Shown here in pieces: positions 38,531 to 52,995 of a stretch of 64,000 bases of DNA (position 1 is its first letter; the number at the start of each line of letters is the position of its first letter). The position numbers and the translations under genes are program-made. This DNA comes from Octopus sinensis (lineage: Eukaryota). The DNA is taken from positions 16,120,001 to 16,184,000 of the forward strand of contig NC_042997.1 of NCBI RefSeq assembly GCF_006345805.1, read 5' to 3'. Under the pieces are notes generated by a model that was not told the origin of the DNA, ran no database searches, and saw only the letters and a program-made list of their open reading frames with translations.

Positions 38531-38593
<63 letters not shown>

Positions 38594-38967
38594 GCAGGCG
38601 AGATGGCTGAGTTTCTTTCGAACGGGCCCCACGGAAGCGAGATGGCCGAGTTCCTTTCGAGCGTTGGGCCTGATGGAGGCAATGGCCAAGACCTTCGGCA
38701 TTATGTCGTGCTTGAGATAAGACCCATCAAGACCAGCAAAATCGCAGTCGTGGCAGATATCGTTGTCACGCAATGGCACCCGTGCCGGTGGCACGTAAAA
38801 GCACTCATTACGCTCTCTGAGTGGTTGGCAATAGGAAGAGCATCCAGCCGTAGAAAACCATGCCAAATCAGATTGGATCCTGGCTCAGTCTTCCAGCGTG
38901 CCAGCCCAGTCAAACCGTCCAACCCATGGACAACGGATCCTAAATGATGATAATGATGATGATGATG
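38594..38967 (+). mobile_element. SINE-like retroposon with (GAT)n tail
   Basis: GC-richer island in TA repeats; GGTTGGCAATAGGAAGAGCATCCAGCCGTA motif; tail of GAT repeats. Single copy in the window. Confidence 0.45.
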
Positions 38968-39399
38968 ATAATATACATATATATATATATAGTGTATTAT
39001 ATTATATATATAATATATATATCTATATATATATCTTATATATATATGTGTGTGTGTGTGGGTGTGTGTGTGTGTGTGTGTGTTTGTTTATAAAGTATAT
39101 CATACGCAAATTATTTGAAACAGACGAAGAAAGATCCCTGATATCATATATAAAATGCACAGGATTTAATAAAATCTGTTACTTCATAAATTCTTCAGTA
39201 TGTTTTTATCGCAAACTTAGATAACATTTATCATTTACGAAGCATTTAGAAGTAATTATCTTGTAATATCTGTTATAACACCAACAATTATTATTATTAT
39301 CAGTGTTGTTGTTACTGTTGTTGTTCTTGTAATTGATATTTTTATACTTTTATTTTTGTTGTTGTTATTGTTATAACTATTATTACTACCACCAAAAAA

Positions 39400-39785
39400 G
39401 GCGGCGAGCTGGCAGAAACGTTACCACGCCGGGCGAAATGCGTAGCCGTATTTCGTCTGCCGTTACGTTCTGAGTTCAAATTCCGCCGAAGTCGACTTTG
39501 CCTTTCATCCTTACAGGGTCGATTAAATAAGTACCAGTTACACACTGGGGTCCATATCATCGACTTCATCCGTTTGTCTGTCCTTGTTTGTCCTCTGTGT
39601 TTAGCCCCTTGTGGGTAGTAAAGAAATAGGTATTTCGTCTGTCGCTACGTTCTGAGTTCAAATTCCGCCGAGGTCAGCTTTGCCATTCATCATTTCGGGG
39701 TCGATAAATTAAGTATCAGGGGTTGATGTAATCAACTTATCTCTCCTCTATTATTTCAGGCCTTGTTCCTACAGTAGAAAGGATT
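39400..39785 (+). mobile_element. SINE B dimer (tail 1 unit then tail 2 unit)
   Basis: Direct match to other copies. Confidence 0.8.
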
Positions 39786-39809
39786 ATTATTATTATTATT
39801 ATTATTATT

Positions 39810-40325
39810 GAGTGAGAGAGCAGTGCATGCCATCAATGTGACACTGGGGTAATATATACGAAGCCCAGTATAACCATCATGACTACATGTCTGATAAGGG
39901 TACACCAGGAACATGCATAACAACCATATATGCACGACATGGTCATCTCATATCAAGATAAATAGTGCATGATCTTCCAGGTGGGGCCCAGTTAGAATTT
40001 TCTCTGGTCGAGTAACCCATCCCGCTCAAAAGGTCCCTGAATAAGGATTGTTTAAGGATGTTGAACGAACCACCCATATTATCCAAACCTCTAAGAATTC
40101 CTTTCAACACACAGCTCGTGTTCAGAGATGCACATAACGTCATCCACTAAGGGACATGCTCAACTGGTTAAGGTCAGACAACTGACAAGCAAATCTGTGG
40201 AATTGAACAGAATATTTGTTTTAGCCCATCTTTTATATTAAGACAAAACAATGTACATGATAACACTTCCAATCAGTTAAGATCAGAAGCCATAAGAGAC
40301 ACTGTCTGGTACTGCATCAGGGCAT
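39810..40325 (-). mobile_element. Unclassified retroposon-like segment between (ATT)n runs
   Basis: Non-coding, higher GC than its flanks, bounded by trinucleotide runs. No second copy in the window. Confidence 0.3.
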
Positions 40326-40364
40326 TTATTATAATAATAATAATAATAATAATTATTATTATAA

Positions 40365-40426
<62 letters not shown>

Positions 40427-40536
40427 TATTTAGATAAACAATTATCAACAAGAAAATATTGGAGTTTAGAACATATTAAACAAAACCGATAGCGATAAAG
40501 ACGAAGAGAGAAGGAAGTATGTGACGATGAATAGCA

Positions 40537-40590
<54 letters not shown>

Positions 40591-40722
40591 ACAAAGAAAT
40601 AGGAAGTAAATATCTTCGAATTAGAAACATGAACCTCTTGCTAAGACGAGCGTAGTTACTGGTGATCTAGGTGAATGGAAGTTAAATACCAAGAGATTCC
40701 GTTTCCTTTCAGCACCCCTTAC

Positions 40723-40805
40723 CTGCCCATCCATTGCTGTCAAGAATTCATGTTGCGTTTCTTCTTCCGTTACTGGGTCCATATCCAACACTCTTTCCAA
40801 TGCAC
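40723..40805 (-). CDS. Candidate internal exon (83 nt, phase 1-0), unknown protein
   Basis: Acceptor ATTTTGTTGGCAG, donor CAG|GTAAGG, open frame xALERVLDMDPVTEEETQHEFLTAMDGQ; sequence is not repeated in the window. Confidence 0.5.
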
Positions 40806-40977
40806 CTGCCAACAAAATTGTTGAACAGACAAGAATATATGAATGTGAGTAAGCAAACACTTCTCATCATTACACACACATTCACGCACACACGGACACA
40901 CATACGCGCGCACGTGCATGTATATATATATATATATATATATATAATCAAAATAAGCAACAGGATATCAAGTAGTG

Positions 40978-41039
40978 ATGCAGTACGGCCGTTTCAAGCC
41001 GTAATCATTACATCAATTTAAATGCAGTGCCATCATCAG

Positions 41040-41045
<6 letters not shown>
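40978..41045 (-). ncRNA. Type I hammerhead motif, partly decayed
   Basis: GTGCTG-CTGATGA-TGGC...GGCTT-GAA-ACGGCCGT-A-CTGCAT; palindromic stem III, weak stem II. Confidence 0.5.
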
Positions 41046-41078
<33 letters not shown>

Positions 41079-41104
41079 ACACACACACACACACATACAC
41101 ACAT

Positions 41105-41157
<53 letters not shown>

Positions 41158-41866
41158 TATATATATAATACACATTAAGTACAGGATATCACTTTCGTTC
41201 GTTCAATCGAACTGGGGAGAGAGAGAGAGAGGGGGAGAGGGGGAGGAAGAAAGAGGGAACGAGTTAGTAAGAGAGTGAGTGGATGAGCGTGACTGAATGA
41301 GAGTGAAAGAAAGTGAGAGGAAGTGAGTGAATAAGGGAGAAAGAGATGATGTGTGAGCTGCTTCTAGCATGCTTCTCCTTGGACAACTCATTTTTTTTTT
41401 CTAGTTTCAGCTCAGAGCTGCGGCCATACTGATGCACCGCCGTTTAAATATATTTGATCAATCTACTACTCTTTCTCTCGATATTCATACATTTAACTTC
41501 TGGGATCTCTACTAAATACTAACACTTCGAGACAGTATCCTTCAAGAAGACGCTACCTAAAGATATTTTCCTAGCAATCAAATTTTCTGTGCATTTCCTA
41601 CTATATACCTCACCATTCTTAAAGCCTAAAGCTACACATTCAAAGCTATATGGAACAAACTTCGTTGTGTAGTGTATAGTTTAGCTATATGGAACAAACT
41701 TCGTTGTGTAGTGTTTAGTTTCTGACAGCCGAGTCTTAGCCTTCAGCTGATTTGTCAAATAATGTTGGTTATAGAAAAATAAAACTAAATACGGCACCGT
41801 CTTGTTACAATTTACGACAATAGGTTATAGTTCTTCTTTAATTTCTTCCTTAAACTACAAGTTCTG

Positions 41867-41897
<31 letters not shown>

Positions 41898-42089
41898 ATG
41901 ATTGTTTCTTCGTCCTTCAGTGTTTGAACGAGTAAAATTTTGGTTGGCAAAGGAAGCAGGGAACGCTGAATTGACCAAGAGACAGAAAATTGATGTTTCT
42001 GAGATCAAACCATCTAAACCGAAAAATAAGACAAATTTTCTTTAAGAGATGTATTAACCTGACTGGTAAACTCTAAACTTAACTCTCTT

Positions 42090-42259
42090 TTAGCCGAGCA
42101 AATCGACCCCAGGACTTATTCTTTGTAAGCCTAGTATTTATTCTATCGGTCTCTTTTGCCGAACCGCTAAGTTACGGGGACGTAAACACACGAGCATCGG
42201 TTTTCAAGCGATGTGGGTGGGTGGGTGGCAAACACAGACACACAAACATACACAGACAC

Positions 42260-42294
<35 letters not shown>

Positions 42295-42458
42295 ACGGGC
42301 TTCTTTCAGTTTCCGTCTACCAAATCCACTGACAGGGCTTTGGTCGGCCCGAAGCTATATAGCTGAAGACACTTGCCCAAGGTGCCACGCAGTGGGACTG
42401 AACCCGGAACCATGTCGTTCGCAAGCAAGCCACTTACCACACAGCCACTCCTACGCCT
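42090..42458 (-). mobile_element. SINE family A
   Basis: Reverse copy. Confidence 0.85.
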
Positions 42459-42699
42459 ACTCCTTAATATATTTAAAGCAAAACTTTGATATAGACAGGC
42501 ACAGTTATCATTTTTTTCTGCATTGTAATTAACAACAGTAATGTTTTCTGAAACATTAAAAGACACAAAATATATTCTCATTGATTTCATCGTTCAGGGT
42601 TTTAGTTGCGGGATTAACAGGGCTATTTATTCATTAACTTGTAACTTTTGAGCCTGAATTTTCCACAGAAATTTGTACCCTTCAAGGAACCTTCGGGTA

Positions 42700-42900
42700 A
42701 CATCAGCATGAGTGGAGTTGCAATGGCCCAGTAGTTAGTGCAGTGTACTGGCGGTCGTAAGAACGCGGCTTCGATTCCCAGACCGGACATTGTGAGTGTT
42801 TATTGAGCAAAAACACCTAAGGTCCACGAGGCTCCAGCGGGGGAGTGTGGTGAAACCCGCTGTATTCTTTCACCACAACTTTCTCTCACTCTTTCTTCCA
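42700..42900 (+). mobile_element. SINE family C, 5' part
   Basis: Diverged head and body up to CTTTCTTCC. Confidence 0.75.
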
Positions 42901-44183
42901 ACTTCTGCCACAAAGCAGAGGAACCATGGTGTAACCCACTATGGTGTGGTAAACTTTCAGACCCTAGTCTAGATTGCGAATCCTCTGTACCCCAGGATGG
43001 TTCAGCTCTCCACCCGTTAAAAGCTACCGTTTACGGAATGAGGATAACAATGTAGCTTTCGCGCCCGTGCAATCACCAGTCTATCGCATGTGGTGGGTGG
43101 ATCTTCAAGTTGCCACACGCATTCTTAGTAGCTTAGAGTAGGCTCGAATTAGAGATTATTCTTTGTGGTTAACGGTGTGAGTCCTGATTGGAAGAAGAAG
43201 AAGAAGAAAAGAAGAAGAAGAAGAAGAAGAAGAAGAAGACAGCAACACAAGCCCACTCATCCAGCTGATATCTTCTTACTGTGGTTGAACTCCCAGAGCC
43301 CACAATATACCATACTCCTTGTCCTTTCTCCACCCAGAATATTCATTCATACGCACTAATCAAAGGTAAGATCTATGAAACTGACGGAGGTAAAAAGATG
43401 CAGAAACTACGAATCATCAGCTATATCCCAGATGACGAGCTCCTACACAGTTTACCGTTTCTGATAATTTTTCGGTCATAAGGCTTATTGCGCAACAAGG
43501 CCTGGTCTCCGATTCAGAAGCGCTCCATATGAAGGGCTTCAGCACAATTATCGTCAAGCCAGTTTGCCTGGAGGATAGCTGTACATAAAATGACCCACAA
43601 TATGATTATAGTTTACAGAATTGTTTGCCTGCTATAAGAGCAAAATAAATTAACTGCAGTAACCAATAATAGGTTTTTCAGTTGGTTAGGAGAGAAAATA
43701 AATATAAAAAGAATTATGCCAGAATACTACGAAGAGGAAAATAAATAATGGTGGGGAGGAAATAACTGCAAATTATATGTGACAAGCTACCGTGATTTAG
43801 GTTTCAACCGTGGTGAGAATTATGGGCAAGAATGATTTAAAAATTTGTAAAGGGAAAGAAAGTAAAGTTATACAGAGGTGCCGCGTTATAGTTTGAAACA
43901 AGAACCTGTCTCGGTTATGTGTTAAATAAGCACAAAGTAAATGAAATTATGTTTGTGGTGGTATATAAATGTTTGTGAAAACGTCCGTAAGTTATCCATC
44001 ATTGTTTACCCACCATTCTCTGTTGAAATGTAATCTCTGTTAGAAAAAAAATTCTCGTTTCCGTCATGTTGGAACATGATCTAGACAGGTAATGTCGCCT
44101 TATTTTCTGGTCTAAATGATGTGATATTATTTCCGGACTTGAACAGATTTCCACCCCCACCTCTCTCTCTCTCTCTCACTCCC

Positions 44184-44218
<35 letters not shown>

Positions 44219-44275
44219 AAAACACGCATTCATGTGTGTATATATATATATAGAGAGAGATAGATAGATAAGTAG

Positions 44276-44970
<695 letters not shown>

Positions 44971-44984
44971 TTATGCCGGCGAGC

Positions 44985-45056
44985 TAGCAGAATCATTAAC
45001 ACACCGGACACAATGCTTAGTGGCATTTCGTCCGTCCTTACATTCTGAGTACATGT

Positions 45057-45108
<52 letters not shown>

Positions 45109-45205
45109 ACCATTTCCCACTGGGGTCGATGTAATCGACTTAATCCCTTTGTCTGTCCAGTTTGTCCTCTCTATGTTTAGCCCCTTGTGGGCAGTAAAGA
45201 AATAT
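44985..45205 (+). mobile_element. SINE B interrupted by (TA)n
   Basis: Head and tail separated by a TA run. Confidence 0.7.
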
Positions 45206-45599
45206 ATATATATATTTACGCATATGCAAACATGCACATATATACGTTAATATGCATACACACATATACTACGTATGTGCGTGCGAACTTATACATGCAT
45301 ATTTATTTACTTCGTATCTATTTGCATGTATGCTGTTTGTCAGATCAATGGAATGTTGAACTTATTGGTATGGACTTTTGAGGCGACTTACATAACGTGT
45401 TAGTGCTAAAATGTGACCTATTGGTAAGGAATTATCTCTTGTATAGGTCATCCATCTATCCATCCATTTTCTCTGCCCGCTATTCTTGGTAGGTTTTTGG
45501 AGATGGAATCCTCAGGCAACTCTTCTTTGGAGTCCTCTCAAAAGCAGTCGTTATTATATTTTTGGGGTTGGATTCTCAAGCATGACCAACAGAGAATAT

Positions 45600-46020
45600 A
45601 CTCTTTTCTTTCTCTTTTACTCTTTTACTTGTTTCAGTCATTTGACTGCGGCCATGCTGGAGCACCGCCTTTAGTCGAGCAAATCGACCCCGGGACTTAT
45701 TCTTTTGTAAGCCCAGTACTTATTCTATCGGTCTCTTTTGCCGAACCGCTAAGTAACGGGGACATAAACACACCAGCATCGGTTGTCAAGCAATGCTAGA
45801 GGGACAGACACACACACACAAACACACACACACATATATATATATATACATATATACGACAGGCTTCTTTCAGTTTCCGTCTACCAAATCCACTCACAAG
45901 ACTTTGGTCGGCCCGAGGACATAGTAGAAGACACTTGCCCAAGGTGCCACGCAGTGGGACTGAACCCGGAACCATGTGGTTGGTAAACAAGCTACCTACC
46001 ACACAGCCACTCCTGCGCCT
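45600..46020 (-). mobile_element. SINE family A
   Basis: Full-length reverse copy. Confidence 0.9.
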
Positions 46021-46774
46021 ATGGATGTTTTCCAACTACTTCGTTTTTGATCAACCCTTATGTCCCCTGTCGGTTGTGTCGGCTTAAAGAATCTGTCTTG
46101 CATTTCTATTCTATGATATCTCATGTGCGTAATACCAGAGCTCTCAATGCGGAGAAGCATGTACTCGATCTGGAGCCAGACCCCTGATCTCCGAGCTACG
46201 CACTCTAGTTCTTTTATTATTCTCTTCCGTTGCCCAGAAGCGCAACAAGTGCACCACGTCTGTAGGTTTGTACCTGTAACCTAATGCAGTTAGAACACCT
46301 ATTGCAGGCTCCAAACAGCCATAATGGTGAAACGCCCCCTGGAACTATAACATAAACTTGTGTTTATTCTTATTTCTCCTAACTGTATTTAACATATTGA
46401 ACTGGGGCCAGTATTCGACACATAGTTTGGACCTATTACCTGTTGGGAAGGGGCATACATTTCACACTAGACTGGAGCTGTCACCAATCCTGCATAAACC
46501 TGATTTACGACACGTATTTATGCATTCATGCTCATAAAATTCAATTCTGAACTGATGCACACAAACACGTATACACCTAAGTGTCGTATATGCAAGAACA
46601 CATATGCATCCAGGTTACACTTTCTTTTGTAATTTTTACTTATTGTAATCGATAAAAAAAAATATTCGATTTAAATTGGATTAATAAATTTATTTATCAT
46701 TTATTTAACTAAGCACACAAATACAAATAAATAAATTAAAACAAAAACTCAGACAGGTGTAAAATTTATAAAAC

Positions 46775-47362
<588 letters not shown>

Positions 47363-47531
47363 TACATAATAAAAAGCAGACATGATTGGTATGAGTAAGA
47401 GACAAAGAATGGAATGAGAGACAAAAGAAGGAAAAGATAAAGGGGTGGTAGAGAAAGAATTGTAGAGAGAAAGAATTGTAGAGAGAAAGAGAAAGTTATA
47501 AAAAGAGAGAGTGCGTGAGAAAGAGAGATAG

Positions 47532-47594
<63 letters not shown>

Positions 47595-48083
47595 ACGACA
47601 GAGCATGTTTAAGTCTCGAAGGCGTGTTGATAGGTTGATAGAAAGAGGAGTTGGAAAAAGATACGTATATTAAAGAATATCTGTAAGGATTGGTGTAAGA
47701 GTAAGTAAAGGGAACTGAGATAAGGGGTTAAAAGGATACAGGGTTACAGGTTTGGCAGATAGGAACGACAAGAAAATCGAAAGTAGGAATAAAGAGTAAA
47801 ACAAAATGAGGAGAATTGATGAGAAGGGCTTGCATCCATACATAATGCACAACGGTTTATTTATACACGTTATGTAATGGATCAATGTCATGGGCGGTAC
47901 AAAAGCATTTGTAAATTACACAAGTTTATACATACATGTACATAGATACATACATGCATAACGCATACGCATATGTACACGCTGTTACTTACCCATGTAT
48001 TTTAAGTGATACAAATTGTAATTAATGACATTCGCATCAGTGCATAGTTTCTTGAGCGGATTCAGGATATTCTTTCTACAAAT

Positions 48084-48479
48084 GGTGGTGGAAGCACTCC
48101 GTCGGTTACGACGACGAGGGTTCCGGTTGATCCGAATCAACGGAACAGCCTGCTCGTGAAATTAACGTGTAAGTGGCTGAGCACTCCACAGACACGTGTA
48201 CCCTTAACGTAGTTCTCGGGGATATTCAACGTGACACACAGAGTGACAAGGCCGGCCCCTTTGAAATACAGGTACAACAGAAAAGAGGAAGTAAGAGTGA
48301 GAGAAAGTTGTGGTGAAAGAGTACAGCAGGGATCACCACCATCCCCTGCCGGAGCCTCGTGGAGCTTTTAGGTGTTTTCGCTCAATAAACACTCACAACG
48401 CCCGGTCTGGGAATCGAAACCGCGATCCTATGACCGCGAATCCGCTGCCCTAACCACTGGGCCATTGCGCCTCCACATA
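48084..48479 (-). mobile_element. SINE family C
   Basis: 11-bp target duplication TTTCTACAAAT at 48073-48083 and 48480-48490; (CCA)n tail. Confidence 0.9.
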
Positions 48480-48613
48480 TTTCTACAAATATAACACAAC
48501 GAACTGCATCATTATCAGCTTGTTGTCTCTGGCTTGCAGAAAGCGGTGTTCAATTAAATACCGTTGAATAAATACGCTTGGTGCGCATATGAAAAGATAA
48601 CTCAATACGTAAA

Positions 48614-48655
<42 letters not shown>

Positions 48656-48685
48656 CTAAACCTCGCTAAGATAAATATTTCAATT

Positions 48686-48755
48686 AACCTGAAGATTGAC
48701 TGTAACCATAACTCGAATTATTACGAATTGTAAAGCCATGAAACGATCGTAGTGT
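48686..48755 (+). ncRNA. Decayed type I hammerhead motif
   Basis: CTGAAGA 48689-48695; GAA-ACGATCGT-A 48740-48751; stems I and II mismatched. Confidence 0.4.
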
Positions 48756-48896
48756 TTTACTCTTTATCTTTTATTAAACTTTTAATACTTTTGATATATA
48801 TTTAAAATAATATAAATGAATTAATTTTATGTATTGGCTTATGTTTTTCATTGTTTGATTTGCCTAATAGTGGTTTTATCTCTAATTTAGTATAAA

Positions 48897-48972
<76 letters not shown>

Positions 48973-49162
48973 CTCAAGGTGGTGCTCCAGCATGGCTGTA
49001 GCCAAGTGAGTCATATAAGTAAAAGAACAACAGAATAAAAGAACATATATATATATACATACATATGTATACAATTATATATGCGTGTGTGTATACACAT
49101 ATACATGTGTGTGCATGTATGTATGTATGTATGTGTGCGTGTGTATACATACATACATACAT

Positions 49163-49191
<29 letters not shown>

Positions 49192-49193
<2 letters not shown>

Positions 49194-50025
49194 GGTGAAT
49201 AAATTGTCGTCGAAATTATGCAAAAATGAAAATAACACTGACATCTCATTTTGATCGATATATTTACCAAAATTTACATTAAAATATCTTGAAATAATAA
49301 AGAGTAAATTTATTCAGTTAAATCGCCATTAACTTCAACAATGGCCTCCTGCAACTCTTCTGGATAATCTCTTTGTTTAAGTAGGCGAATGCTGCCATGA
49401 TCCTTGCCTTAGTTCATCTTTGGCGTTACAAGGAGTTTTGTTGATCTCTCACCAAACTGTGCCCCACACAAGGGAGTTGCAGTCTGGGGAGTTAGGTGGC
49501 CAGATTTCAAGGGTGATGTGGAAACAGAAATTGTCTGATAGCCTCGACTGGGTTCTCCTGCTCGTGTGATATGGTGAAAAGTCCTGTTACCAGATATAGG
49601 GTCTTCCAGCAGCCACCCTCTTCACCCAGGGCAGCAGTACCTTCTCCAGGCACTTGATGTAGGCCTCTGTGTTGAGTGTGAGACCGCGTGGGAAGATGAA
49701 TGGATGCATAACGCCGGCATCACTAGTGATCACTCCAAACACCATGATGTTGACTGGATGTTTGATTTAGGGACACGGCAAACATTCTGAAACATTGACA
49801 CCCAAACATTCTGAAATGTTCGTATTTGAGCTTCCGGCGCGAGTGATAAAGCAGTACAGCAGGTCGTTTCCAAATTTCTGGAAGAGTGAATTGCGTCGTG
49901 GTGCGGTTTTTCTCACATATGATGCCCAACTGATTCTACTACACTGTGTAGTCGACAAAATCAAAAATAAACAATGCGCATGTGCGAAATTAAAATATTA
50001 AATGGCAACAATTTATCAGTCGTAC

Positions 50026-50029
<4 letters not shown>
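49192..50029 (-). mobile_element. Tc1/mariner (DD37D/maT-like) element, internally deleted
   Basis: Homologous to 54201-55460; degenerate inverted termini (GATAAATTGT-type); TA context. Confidence 0.8.
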
Positions 50030-50079
<50 letters not shown>

Positions 50080-50115
50080 ATATGTACATACCATATATAT
50101 ACACATATATACATC

Positions 50116-50191
<76 letters not shown>

Positions 50192-50699
50192 AGTTTTTTG
50201 CAAACAACTTGCACATGCAAGTGCTACGAATATAAAATATAAACTATAAAAAATATAGAATCTTTAAAGAAATGTATAAAGGATATATAAAAATATATAA
50301 AAGGATATATAAATATATTAAGAATATAAAATATATAAAAGTATGAAAACTACAAAACATAAAGAGATATAAAAATATAGAAAATACAAAAATAATATTA
50401 AAAAGCAATATAAAAATAAATATATATAAATTTATAAAAGTATGTATGAACAGAAAAAGATTATAACAAAATTTTTATTATAAATAAATAGTGAGAGATA
50501 AAAAATAAATATACCAAAATTAATATAAATAAAGCTAAAAGTGGGAAAAGGTTTGATGAATGTTTGTAAGTTATACAATAAAAACACATAAAATAAAACA
50601 TATAAAAACAGATAAAATAATAATGGCCCTTTGAGGATATATTTTGTACTTAGGGGAGGCGCGAAAATTTTAAAAATCACTTGTAGTAAAGATAAAAGC

Positions 50700-51985
50700 A
50701 TATTTTGTATGAATCAGATATGAATGGAATTGATTTAGGAAATGTGTAGATACATATTGTAATAATCAATAAGGTATAAATTTTCTGGCTTATAACATTT
50801 TAAATTATAAATAATTATTTCCTAGTTTAAGTCATGGAATAATCTTTTCAACCTAAAAGTTATATAAGGTCAAGTCACGACAGAGTGTCATAAGTATGAT
50901 ATACTCAAGGAATTTACTAAAGGATTTAGTTGGTTATATAAGTATTATTAAGGTTAAACAGCAATGTTAATGCCAATATGTTAAAAAGAATTTTTTAAAA
51001 TTATGGTATTTAAAGTGTCAAAATTGACGATAAGTTATAACGATTCAACAAATAATAATCTATAAAGGAGGAGTGTCATATTGAAAAGTGAACCCTAGGT
51101 TAAAGTTTTTGAAAAATTTTCTAATTTCCCTCTGCATTCTTTCTATGACACCCTTACTATTATTTGGTATAATAAATAATGCGTCATCCCTAAATAGACT
51201 ACCCTGCAGTTCAGGAATTTCTCTACTAAGACAATGTAGGAGGTATGCACCAACAAAATCCGTAACTTGATCCGAGCCGCTTAAACCCGTGGCAATATCA
51301 AAATTATCACGGGTGTCAATTCTTGTCCACAGTTTACCCTCAAATTCATTAATGGTTTTCCTAGCTAAGAGAATATCTATTTTATCTCTAGTTAAAAGAG
51401 AGAGGCCTTCAGCAAAAATCAGGAATTTATTCAGGAGAATAGGGGAGCTGCTAGAATAGTAACTCTTAATATCAAATTGAATGAAAGAGCGTTTAATTAA
51501 ATCATCAATTGAGGTAAACCAGTGTATTACTTCATCAGTGTTATTCCATAATTTAAGAGATAATCTAGGAATTAAAAGGGATAAAACAATATCAAGAATG
51601 GATTTACTAAGCCGACCGATATAAGATCTAATCGGACAAATAAGGCTAATAGAGGGATTTCCATGAAAGTTCTTTTTATAGTCCTTGAGGTTGATCCTAG
51701 GTCCGCTTGGCTTCATGGGTTCCGTTTGGTCCACTAAGTTTAGGTCCATCATAATTTTTTAACCTCCGAGTTAATCTCATTCAGGTTGGCATCCGTAGGT
51801 ATTTTATATTTTGTATTAAGGTCCTTGAGTATTAGCTTCCTATAAATACTGTAGTCTAATCTATATAAATTCCCCGTCCTATCCGCAGGTACAAGTAAAC
51901 CTGGTTTGCTTCTTAATGATTTAATAAAGTCCTGTAGTTTCCTCGGGTAGGGGTTCCTTCTAATTAGGTTTCTTTAAACTTTACA
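50700..51985 (-). mobile_element. Penelope-like RT remnant (non-canonical clade)
   Basis: VPADRTGNLY, INLKDYKKNF, IGRLSKSILD, WNNTDEVIHWF, FIQFDIKSYY, FDIATG, LFRDDAL; frameshifted. Flanked by inverted AT-rich arms 50231-50500 and 52000-52275. Confidence 0.8.
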
Positions 51986-52590
51986 CTAGAGATTAGTTGA
52001 AATATATTATTTATAATTTTATAATTTTTATAATTTTTTTCTATACATACATTCATACCTTTACGATTTTTATGTATATATTATTATTTTTTAAATATTT
52101 AAAAATATTTTCTATATTTTTCTTATATTTTATATTCTTTTATTTTTATAGTTTTTATACTTTTATATATCTTATATTCTTAATATTATTTTATATATTC
52201 TTTTATATATTTTTTATATATCCTATTTATATTTCTTTAAAGATTATATATTTTTACAGTTTATATTTTATATACCTCATCGTATATTTTATGCTTATAC
52301 CCTTATATTTTAGATACATTATTTTCCTTATTAACTTATGGACCTAATTCTATGTTTTTGTAGCTAATACATTCATTTATATATTTTTAAAATAATTTTT
52401 CCTCGCGTTCTTTTAATAATTTTAATTACAATTTATTCGTCACCTATATATATATATATATATATATTAATCAATATAGGGTGGCAAGGAAAATTTTGTA
52501 GAATTTTATTGCCACCAGCGGCCCAGTGGTCAGATATTGACTTGGCAAGATTGGGTATGCCTCGTGTAAATATCTGTTCCGACTTGAGCT

Positions 52591-52697
52591 ATTTCTTGCT
52601 GAAGAATCCGAGGGCTTATGGAAGATTGGCTTGATTTAATTTAATCATGTTAGTTTACCATTAAACAGCGGATGAAACGGTATACCGTACAAGAAAT
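52591..52697 (+). ncRNA. Intact type I hammerhead ribozyme
   Basis: 8-bp stem I ATTTCTTG/CAAGAAAT; CTGAAGA; stem II ATCCG/CGGAT; GAA; stem III ACGG-TATA-CCGT; GUA triplet. Confidence 0.85.
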
Positions 52698-52995
52698 TAC
52701 AGGGTAAATGTTTTTTTTAATTTTCTCCTGTTTACGGAATTAATCTTTATTTGCGGTAGAAGCTTTGGCTGTTATTTCTAGTGGGTGAATGGCCTATTAT
52801 GGCCGTTCCTTAATTGTTATTATATATATATAGTGACGTATTTTTGCCATTTCAATATGGCTAACCCCTAAGGGTGGATGCTACTGTAGTTTTTAGCCCC
52901 AGGAGGACACACTCATCCAGCTGGCCATAGACACACTATCTGTGTCCTGTCAGTATTTGCAAAGGGAAGTCATCCTTCCGTCTTCACTTATGATA

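Noticed and set aside
42460-42557. Minus-strand exon ENITVVNYNAEKNDNCACLYQ...
   Set aside because: The acceptor is good, but the only in-phase donor is weak and lies at the edge of a SINE; too uncertain to call.
43338-43365. 28-nt plus-strand micro-exon; similar 7-13 nt candidates near 9385, 32981 and 53868
   Set aside because: Splice-like motif pairs this short are expected by chance in 64 kb, and there is no supporting neighbouring exon.
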